A stretch of DNA of 24,583 nt from Promethearchaeota archaeon (GTDB lineage Archaea > Asgardarchaeota > Lokiarchaeia > Sigyniarchaeales > SOKP01): positions 1 through 24,583 of the forward strand of contig JBHLLU010000057.1 in NCBI GenBank assembly GCA_048938895.1, in the 5' to 3' direction. The position numbers were made by a program, and so were the translations under genes. The notes under the pieces are model-generated. The model searched no databases and had not been told where the DNA came from. It saw only the letters and a list, made by a program, of their open reading frames with translations. Of the stretch, positions 17,352 to 24,583 are shown piece after piece (position 1 is the stretch's first letter; every line of letters starts with the position of its first letter).

Positions 17352-18542
17352 ATGAACTCTGATAAATTTTATAAAGATTTAGAAAATACGATAAAAGAAA
17401 CTGCAAAAGATTGTGAAATTTATAAAAACCAATGTGTTAGATTAGATTATGATATAGATTCAAAGATAAAAGAATCTACATTAGGTGATATTCCTTACAT
17501 CCCCTGGGAATTTTTCAAATTGTCGAACAATAAATTTAAGCAACTATTACGTGGAAATGTCTTTCATGAATTAAAGTATTGGATGGAGTCATCTTCAACA
17601 ACAGGAGATCCTAGCATAATTGGACGACTTCAGAAAGATATTGAAGTATTAAAGTCTAATTATAACTATGTTTTTAATTCTTTTTCTGTAAAAGATCAAG
17701 TAAATAATCTAATTTTATTTGCCCCAAAACAGAATATCATCAATAAAATAAGGCATAATTTCTATGAAAAAGATGCATACCTTTTATACAAAAGCATCGT
17801 TGATATTTGGGAAGATAAACACATTACTTATCTGTTACAATTTTTTTTAGGAAAAACGGTAAGAAAAATATTAACCACCTTTAAACTAAGAGCAGTTATT
17901 GGAATTAATGGCAAACTTTTAAAATCTGAACTTATTCATATCGAAAAGAATAAAATCCCAACTATTATGGCAAATTCTCCAATTTGGATGCATAAAATTT
18001 TAAAAGATTATTATAAAAAAGAGAAAAAAACTTTCGATATGAATGAAAATTTGTACATTATAACTGGTGGTGGTGGTTGGGATGGAGTTAAAGGTCGAGT
18101 TAAATTAGACTACTCAATTGAAAAACCAGAATTCATTAAACAGATGTGCAGTATGTTCAATATCACTACTGAAAAATTTTGTGATAATTTTGCTGCGACT
18201 GAAAGCCCTTTGACATGTGGTGGACATTGGTCCAATAAGTATAATGATTTTTTACATCATGTCAATATCCTTCAAGGTAGGATAGTAATTCGAGATATAG
18301 ATACATTAGAACCAATAAAAAAGACAGGAGAAACTGGAATTCTAGAATTAATTACCCCTTATGGCGTGGAAAGTTATGCGGGAGTAGCAGTCTTATTGGA
18401 TGATCTAGTTCAAATTGTAAATTGGGAACGATGCCCTGAGTGCGATCGAGAAGGAACAGTATTTAGGATTATTGGACGACTAACACCTTCCATTGGAAAA
18501 GGATGTAGTTCATTATTCAGTACAGATCCAGTTAAAATGTGA
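17352..18542 (+). CDS. LuxE/PaaK-like acyl-protein synthetase
   Basis: SSSTTGDPS (adenylation P-loop-like), TGGGGWDG, GILELITPY..SYAG...LLDDL, and C-terminal CPECDREG..FRIIGR...GKGCS. AGGTGG SD upstream. Confidence 0.75.
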   Translation: MNSDKFYKDLENTIKETAKDCEIYKNQCVRLDYDIDSKIKESTLGDIPYIPWEFFKLSNNKFKQLLRGNVFHELKYWMESSSTTGDPSIIGRLQKDIEVLKSNYNYVFNSFSVKDQVNNLILFAPKQNIINKIRHNFYEKDAYLLYKSIVDIWEDKHITYLLQFFLGKTVRKILTTFKLRAVIGINGKLLKSELIHIEKNKIPTIMANSPIWMHKILKDYYKKEKKTFDMNENLYIITGGGGWDGVKGRVKLDYSIEKPEFIKQMCSMFNITTEKFCDNFAATESPLTCGGHWSNKYNDFLHHVNILQGRIVIRDIDTLEPIKKTGETGILELITPYGVESYAGVAVLLDDLVQIVNWERCPECDREGTVFRIIGRLTPSIGKGCSSLFSTDPVKM

Positions 18543-18579
18543 AATTATAAAAATTTAGAAAAGGGGTTTTAAAGAAGGA

Positions 18580-19701
18580 TTGCGAATTTTAATCTTAGGA
18601 GCTGGATTAACAGGATGTACTTTAGCAAGAAAATTGAAAGATAGAGGGTATAATGTTTCAATTAAGGAGAAACTAAGTCATATTGGGGGTTTGTGTCATA
18701 CAAAAAAAAGTCCTAATGGAATATTATATGAACCATGTGGTGGGCATGCATTTCATACCACAGATCATCGGGTTAAACAATTTGTGCTTAATTTCTCAGA
18801 TTTCAATAGTTATAGGCACACAAAAGGGATTTTTATTAATGAAGTCTTAAGGCATTTTCCCCTAAGTATAGACACAATTGTTAACATGGATAAGAGTGAA
18901 CAAATACTTAAAGAATTAGAAGAACGTCCTAAAAAACCTGATCTAACGAATTTTGAGACTTATGCTATTTCGAGATTTGGAAATACTTTATATAAATTAT
19001 TTATATATAATTACTCTAAGAAAATGTGGGGTATCGAACCACGAGAATTAACAACAGTATATATAAAAAACCGTATTAATTTGAAAGATAATGATGCTCA
19101 GATATTTGAAGATGATTTTCAAGGACTTCCTGTTAATGGATATACTCAATTTCTTGAGAATATGATATATGATATCCCTTTAGAATTAAATCAATCTGAA
19201 TTTGATGAGACTTTATATGATCTTATTCTTTATTCTGGTCGAATAGATGAATTGTTCAAATTTAAATTTGGTACATTAGAATTTAGATCCTTGAAATTTC
19301 ATTATAAGGAAAATGATGATTGGGAAAACGAAAACTATGGTTCAATTAACCTCCCACAACATCCTAAATATATTCGAAAGGTAAATTTCAAAATTATGTA
19401 TCAACAGAAGACAGAAAATTCATGGATCCAATTTCAAGAACCCATTCCCTTCAATAAGACTAGTCAACCATTATATCCAATATATACTAAAAGAAATATT
19501 GAATTGTTTGACAAATACCTAGTTGAAGCTAGTAAATCTGAAAAAATTGTTCCAGTAGGACGGTTAGGATTATATAAATATTTAGAAATGGGGCAAGCTA
19601 TTTCCTTAGCTATAGATATGATCCCATTAATTGAAAAATGGAAGGAATTAAATCCTAAGGATAGATATTTTGAATTTAAATGCTTATTAAATAATTCTTG
19701 A
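18580..19701 (+). CDS. glf: UDP-galactopyranose mutase family flavoprotein
   Basis: GAGLTG, HIGGLC, GHAFHT, YSKKMWG, FQGLPVNGYT, FRSLKF, GRLGLYKYLEM. TTG start. Confidence 0.82.
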   Translation: MRILILGAGLTGCTLARKLKDRGYNVSIKEKLSHIGGLCHTKKSPNGILYEPCGGHAFHTTDHRVKQFVLNFSDFNSYRHTKGIFINEVLRHFPLSIDTIVNMDKSEQILKELEERPKKPDLTNFETYAISRFGNTLYKLFIYNYSKKMWGIEPRELTTVYIKNRINLKDNDAQIFEDDFQGLPVNGYTQFLENMIYDIPLELNQSEFDETLYDLILYSGRIDELFKFKFGTLEFRSLKFHYKENDDWENENYGSINLPQHPKYIRKVNFKIMYQQKTENSWIQFQEPIPFNKTSQPLYPIYTKRNIELFDKYLVEASKSEKIVPVGRLGLYKYLEMGQAISLAIDMIPLIEKWKELNPKDRYFEFKCLLNNS

Positions 19702-19717
19702 ATTTAAAAATATGATT

Positions 19718-20488
19718 TTATAATTGCTCTGAAAAATTCTTACTTTTAGCTAAATTATAATAAATTTCCTTATTTGAGCGATAATCCCCAAGTCGTTTTA
19801 AACTACGACGAATATTCAAAGTTCTTCCACTAGTATATACTGAAACAAAATTCAATGTTTTTACTTTACCTTGTTTCATTTTTCTTTTTAAATGTATTAA
19901 GGAATCAGAGAATACTTTATCAATTCCTGTTAAATTATATGGTAATTGTCGAAATCCACCAGCTTTCAAAAATATATCCCTTCTAACGATAATATTACAT
20001 CCTATTAGTTCAGGAAATCCTAATAATGATTTAAAGAAATAATATATATGCATCCCTAAATTTAGAAAAAAGTATGGAGTTATACTAAATCCTTGTGATC
20101 CTAAATTAAGTGAAATGGATTTCCCATCATAATACTTCACTCTGGCGCTACAAGCAAGGAGCTTTTTATGTCTTTCAAATATTCTATAGACTTTCTGTAA
20201 GAAATATGGCTCTATCAATGTATCAGCATCCAAAAAAACTAATAAATCTCCAGACGTTTTAGGAATAACGTAGTTTAACTGATTAGCTTTTCCTTTTTTG
20301 GGTGATATATACGTTTTTGCATATTCTTTAGCTTCAGATATAGTTTGATCAGAACTTTGACCATCAACTACAATAATTTCATATGGAACATTACATCTTT
20401 GTTTTGTCACAGAAATTAAGGTTTCTTTTATATGGGCCTCTTCATTGTACGTAGGAATAACGACAGATATCTTACTCTTATCTCTCAT
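19718..20488 (-). CDS. Glycosyltransferase family 2
   Basis: ISVVIPTYNEE, IIVVDGQSSD, FLDAD (DxD), GGF. Confidence 0.9.
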   Translation of the reverse strand: MRDKSKISVVIPTYNEEAHIKETLISVTKQRCNVPYEIIVVDGQSSDQTISEAKEYAKTYISPKKGKANQLNYVIPKTSGDLLVFLDADTLIEPYFLQKVYRIFERHKKLLACSARVKYYDGKSISLNLGSQGFSITPYFFLNLGMHIYYFFKSLLGFPELIGCNIIVRRDIFLKAGGFRQLPYNLTGIDKVFSDSLIHLKRKMKQGKVKTLNFVSVYTSGRTLNIRRSLKRLGDYRSNKEIYYNLAKSKNFSEQL

Positions 20489-20594
20489 AATATATTTGTC
20501 AATTGAAAATTTATTTATTTGGGGAAGACGATGTCTTATTATTCTATAAAAGATTTAAATATTTTAAAAAATTAATTGATTCCGAAATAAGACA

Positions 20595-21710
20595 ATGTCA
20601 AAAGTCTCCAGTAAAGCAAGGTTTTTTACTCCTGGTTTTATACTTTCATTTCTATTTCTTTTATTAAGCTCAATTTTGATATCCTTATTAATAATAAATC
20701 ATGTTTTTTTTCCAATTCCCTGGATTGACACAGTGTATAAAATAATAAGACCATATTTATTAGCGTTCTTCTTTGATTATACTTTATATGTATATAGTAT
20801 AATATTTATCTGTTATTCACTCTTTCTTATTCTCTATGTGCTAGGATATAATTTAGCAAAAGTTAAACATATGACAGGTTCGATAGTATATGTCTTTAGC
20901 CTGCTAGGATTTGTGTTCATTACATTCATAGCAAGCTATTATGCATACTTTAGTCTACTCTTTAATCAAAATATAGTGCTCAACACTAGGCTAATGTTAT
21001 TAATACTTTTTTTACCTATTAATTTTGCACTTAGCTTATTCCTATTTTTAGTAAATATAGATTTCTTTATTTTTTTTAAAGATCTCATCAAAGCAAGAAA
21101 AGTATGGAAACATAGAAGGCCAAATTTTAAAATAGAAGAAGCGGGTAGTATAACCAATATAAAAATTGAAACGGATGAATTCATTTTTACACCGGTACCA
21201 ATGTTAATTATAGCACAATACCTTCAGACTAAGGGATTTTCAGTATCTTGGTTTGTAAGAGGTGCTTTTAATCATTTAATAACTCTAATCATTACATATT
21301 TAACTGGGTGGCCCAGAGCTAGGAATGTTTTGTTTAAATTTACAGGAATGAAAATCGGGAAAAACTGCAATATTTCTCAAAAAGCTATACCAGACCCTCT
21401 TTTACCAGAATTAATTGAATTTGAGGATGGTAGTGGCTGTGGAATTGGTGTAAAATTATTAACTCATAATGCAATGAATATACAACATGGAGCATTTAGT
21501 TTTGGACCAATAAGAATCTGTGAAAATGCTAGAATAGGTGCATATTCAGTAATAATGCCTGGTGTTACTATAGGGGAAGGTTCAATTATAGGAGCGAATT
21601 CATTAGTTACAGAGGATATCCCTGCATATACAATTGCCTTTGGTTCTCCAGCTAAAGTTATACGTGAACTAACTGAAGAAGAAAAAGAGATGGTAAATAA
21701 AAAATACTAG
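20595..21710 (+). CDS. Membrane protein fused to a C-terminal hexapeptide-repeat (left-handed beta-helix) O-acyltransferase
   Basis: About 4 hydrophobic segments in the N-terminal half. The C-terminus reads GMKIGKNC..PDPLLPE..LLTH..IGAYSVIMPGVTIGEGSIIGANSLVTEDIP..GSPAKVIR. Confidence 0.85.
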   Translation: MSKVSSKARFFTPGFILSFLFLLLSSILISLLIINHVFFPIPWIDTVYKIIRPYLLAFFFDYTLYVYSIIFICYSLFLILYVLGYNLAKVKHMTGSIVYVFSLLGFVFITFIASYYAYFSLLFNQNIVLNTRLMLLILFLPINFALSLFLFLVNIDFFIFFKDLIKARKVWKHRRPNFKIEEAGSITNIKIETDEFIFTPVPMLIIAQYLQTKGFSVSWFVRGAFNHLITLIITYLTGWPRARNVLFKFTGMKIGKNCNISQKAIPDPLLPELIEFEDGSGCGIGVKLLTHNAMNIQHGAFSFGPIRICENARIGAYSVIMPGVTIGEGSIIGANSLVTEDIPAYTIAFGSPAKVIRELTEEEKEMVNKKY

Positions 21711-21711
21711 C

Positions 21712-22494
21712 TTAAGAATTTATAAAATCTTCTATGACTTTATTGATTTTTTCATGATTTTGAAACATTAATCTATGTTGGCCATCTTCAATGACAATCA
21801 GTTGAGAAACTGGTAATGCATCATGAAGATTGTTAATCATTGAATTTGTAACAATTTTATCATTATTACCGTGTATTATAAGTGTAGGTTGAGAAATTTT
21901 ATTTAACATCGTTTTAGGATTATTTCTATTATTCATATTTTTAAAACTGCTTAAAACTGTCGATTTCGGGAGTTTTAATGCATATTTAATTAATCTCTGA
22001 AAATCTATTCTTTCGGTTTTAGGATCTATAATTCGCTTGATGATTTCTTTTAGAACTTTTTTATATGCTAATTTAAAGAAGATCTTTAGAAAAAATAACA
22101 AGAACTTCTCCTTATTAGTGAGAGAGCCAGCATAAGGAGTACTGATTAATATTAATTTTTTTACCATATCTGGATAAAGATAAGCTATATTCTGAGCTAT
22201 TAATCCTCCAAGAGAATGCCCGATTATGTAAACTTCATTGAACCCTGTTGAATTCAAAAAATCAATTATAGTCTCAGTAAAGAATTTTATAGAATATTTT
22301 GTCTTTGGCTTATCTGATCTTCCAAAACCAGGTAAATCTAATATGATAATATGGTTTCTAGGATTAAAATAACTAAATTGATAAACCCATTCTCTTGATC
22401 TTCCTAACCAACCGTGAATAAACAATAGAGGTATTCCATCTCTATTATTTTCATAATAAAATATATTCAGATTACTAATTTTAGAATATGGCAT
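21712..22494 (-). CDS. Alpha/beta hydrolase
   Basis: FIHGW, DLPGFGRS, GHSLGG nucleophile elbow, HGNNDKIV and GQH. Confidence 0.9.
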   Translation of the reverse strand: MPYSKISNLNIFYYENNRDGIPLLFIHGWLGRSREWVYQFSYFNPRNHIIILDLPGFGRSDKPKTKYSIKFFTETIIDFLNSTGFNEVYIIGHSLGGLIAQNIAYLYPDMVKKLILISTPYAGSLTNKEKFLLFFLKIFFKLAYKKVLKEIIKRIIDPKTERIDFQRLIKYALKLPKSTVLSSFKNMNNRNNPKTMLNKISQPTLIIHGNNDKIVTNSMINNLHDALPVSQLIVIEDGQHRLMFQNHEKINKVIEDFINS

Positions 22495-22511
22495 TTTATC
22501 TTTTAAAAGTT

Positions 22512-23549
22512 TTATCTAAATCGGAATTTAAAGAGAAAGTTCTTGAGTGGATTTCTCACTACGCTGGTAGGATTCCAATAGCATGGTTTAAAACAATCAC
22601 AGTATTCAAATTTGTATGCATTTAATTTTTTTACTCTTAACTTATAAGGTAAATTAAGAAAATCATTAAATTTAATTGGAGATTTCACTTCTTCACATAG
22701 CATTATTGTTCCATCATTATCAATTGCATAATATAAATCACCCGCATCACATTTCCACGAATATTGATTGTTATACCATTTATTCATATAATAATAATAG
22801 TTATTAGGTGACATAATTTGGACTCCTTGTTTTTTTAAATTTAAGATAACCTTACCTAATTTTCCCATTGAAGATTTCTCTAATAATAACTCTGGGCAAT
22901 AACTCCTATAATGATATTGTTCTTTCGGAGCCATTGAGGAATGCACAGGATCTATTGAGAATCTGCAATCTAATGTTTCTTTAATCAATTTAATTAATGG
23001 AATTAAATCTTTGATATTTTCGTTAGTATTAATTATATGGATACAAAAATCAAGGTTATTTGGATATTTTATTTGAATTTCTCTAAGCAATTTAAATAAT
23101 TGTGGATTAAATCTTTTCGGAGTATAAGGTGCATTATTAACTGTATCTACACTTATCCCTAAAAGAAAATATCCATAAGTAGCAAAATCATCAAGTAAAT
23201 CTTTACTTAATAAAGAACCGTTTGTAACTAGATGAGTAAATATCCCCAAATCTATACAGTGTCTTAAAAGTTCATTTAAATCAGATCGAAGTGTTGGTTC
23301 ACCACCATAAATAGCTATATGACGACATCCTTCATTGTAAATTTGATTTACGATATTTTTCCAATGTTTAATGGAAATATCTGAATTTACATGACCTTTT
23401 GAGGTGTTACAGTAATAACAATCATAATTACATTTTCTGGTAAAGAATAAACTTGCGAAAACAGGTCCCTTTATTATTCTAAATATTCTCTTAAGGTAAC
23501 TTATTCCTAAATTTCTTAATATTATTGTTTTCTTATTGCTTGTACCCAT
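22512..23549 (-). CDS. Radical SAM protein with C-terminal twitch/SPASM-like Cys motif
   Basis: CNYDCYYC, GGEP and TNG, plus C-terminal CDAG...DGTIMLC...CDCFKPC. Confidence 0.88.
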   Translation of the reverse strand: MGTSNKKTIILRNLGISYLKRIFRIIKGPVFASLFFTRKCNYDCYYCNTSKGHVNSDISIKHWKNIVNQIYNEGCRHIAIYGGEPTLRSDLNELLRHCIDLGIFTHLVTNGSLLSKDLLDDFATYGYFLLGISVDTVNNAPYTPKRFNPQLFKLLREIQIKYPNNLDFCIHIINTNENIKDLIPLIKLIKETLDCRFSIDPVHSSMAPKEQYHYRSYCPELLLEKSSMGKLGKVILNLKKQGVQIMSPNNYYYYMNKWYNNQYSWKCDAGDLYYAIDNDGTIMLCEEVKSPIKFNDFLNLPYKLRVKKLNAYKFEYCDCFKPCYWNPTSVVRNPLKNFLFKFRFR

Positions 23550-23620
23550 TTTTTAAAATCTTTTTCATAATAAAAACATTTTAAATATTTATTTAATATT
23601 TAATTTTGGTAATAAAAATA

Positions 23621-24583
23621 GTGATAATTACAACCTTAAATCCAGTATCAATTGTAGTTCCAATAAAGAATAGAAGTGAGTTATTACCTAATTTAATTAA
23701 GAATTTATTAAATATTGATTATCCTGAGTTTGAAATTATAATTGTAGATGATCACTCCTTAGATAATACAAAAGAATTATTAAAAGTTTATCCTATCAAA
23801 TCCATTAGTTTACACAGATCTGTTGGATCCGCTAAGGCAAGAAATATTGGAATTAAAATGGCAAAATATGATATAATAGCAATAACAGATTCTGACTGTA
23901 TTGTTTCAAAGAATTGGTTGAGGAATTTGATACCTTATTTGAAAGATTTTGATGTTGTTGGTGGTAAGGTTGTTTTCAGCGATCAAGCGGAAAAAGGATT
24001 GAATCCATTCAACAATAATAATGAAATAATTATAACTGAACATTCTAATCTGAATTTTCTCAATACTAGCAATATGATATTAAAAAAAGACACCTGGAAG
24101 TTGTCAGGTGGCTTTTTAAATCAACGGATTGAAGATTTAGAATTTTCCTGGAGATTGTTAAAAAAAGGATTTAAATTAGTTTATTCGCCAAAAGGCTCAG
24201 TTATTCATTTTGATAATAGAAATCCTATTCAAAATATCAAAAAATATCTACAATATGGTAAATCTTATTCATCGATAGCATATATTCATAATATGAGTTT
24301 TCCGTTTAAAACTGACAGAATTCTAGGGAGAAATGGTTTATTAGATTTTATTAAATTGATTTCATTTCCGTTTCTTTTACTCTTAGTTTCTTTAATTCTA
24401 AATTATATAGTTTTAAACGTAATGTTTAATCTAACATTTAATGTTATTTCATATATACTATGTTTTTACATTTTACTTAAGCAAATAGGCAGATTTAATT
24501 TGCTATTTAAAATTTATAAGTTTTCAATTCTTTTTGCTATCGTTAATTATACTTTAATATATTTAACTAAAAGGAAATATAAA
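23621..24583 (+). CDS. Glycosyltransferase family 2 with C-terminal hydrophobic helices; runs off the right edge
   Basis: Manual translation from GTG at 23621 (exact start uncertain): VSIVVPIKNR...IIIVDDHSLD...ARNIG...ITDSDC (DxD)...GGF...EDLEFSWRL. The frame is open to 24583, hence absent from the ORF track. Confidence 0.88.
   Translation, partial: MIITTLNPVSIVVPIKNRSELLPNLIKNLLNIDYPEFEIIIVDDHSLDNTKELLKVYPIKSISLHRSVGSAKARNIGIKMAKYDIIAITDSDCIVSKNWLRNLIPYLKDFDVVGGKVVFSDQAEKGLNPFNNNNEIIITEHSNLNFLNTSNMILKKDTWKLSGGFLNQRIEDLEFSWRLLKKGFKLVYSPKGSVIHFDNRNPIQNIKKYLQYGKSYSSIAYIHNMSFPFKTDRILGRNGLLDFIKLISFPFLLLLVSLILNYIVLNVMFNLTFNVISYILCFYILLKQIGRFNLLFKIYKFSILFAIVNYTLIYLTKRKYK

Noticed and set aside
20966-21184. 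Minus-strand 72-aa ORF
   Set aside because: Antisense shadow within the acyltransferase gene.
1-24583. CRISPR arrays, tRNA/rRNA genes, transposases or additional interrupted genes
   Set aside because: None seen by eye. Intergenic gaps are short and AT-rich, and the other genes read as continuous ORFs. In-frame introns of length 3n could not be excluded without a BHB scan.

Overview
AT-rich archaeal window. It most likely comes from an Asgard archaeon (Lokiarchaeia-like), inferred from an archaeal-type DnaK, an Arf/Rag-like small GTPase and GGTGA-type Shine-Dalgarno sites. From left to right it holds: a chaperone/protease block (dnaK divergent from grpE, then long-form htpX and a small Zn-finger protein); a minus-strand B12-dependent acyl-CoA mutase locus (isobutyryl-CoA mutase-like large subunit, small GTPase, cobalamin-binding small subunit, meaB); LutA/LutB-like Fe-S proteins and an SDR; and a ~12.5 kb tailoring-enzyme cluster (three radical SAM enzymes, sulfotransferase, deacetylase, LuxE-like synthetase, UDP-galactopyranose mutase, two GT2s, a membrane-fused acyltransferase and a hydrolase). 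Key finding: the mutase small-subunit gene is split inside its DxHxxG cobalamin-binding motif by a 26-nt insert (5815-5840, minus strand). The insert folds into a canonical bulge-helix-bulge (BHB) structure whose predicted tRNA-splicing-endonuclease cuts restore the reading frame exactly. This is a candidate BHB intron in a protein-coding mRNA. Two genes also appear to use non-canonical start codons (CTG, ATA).
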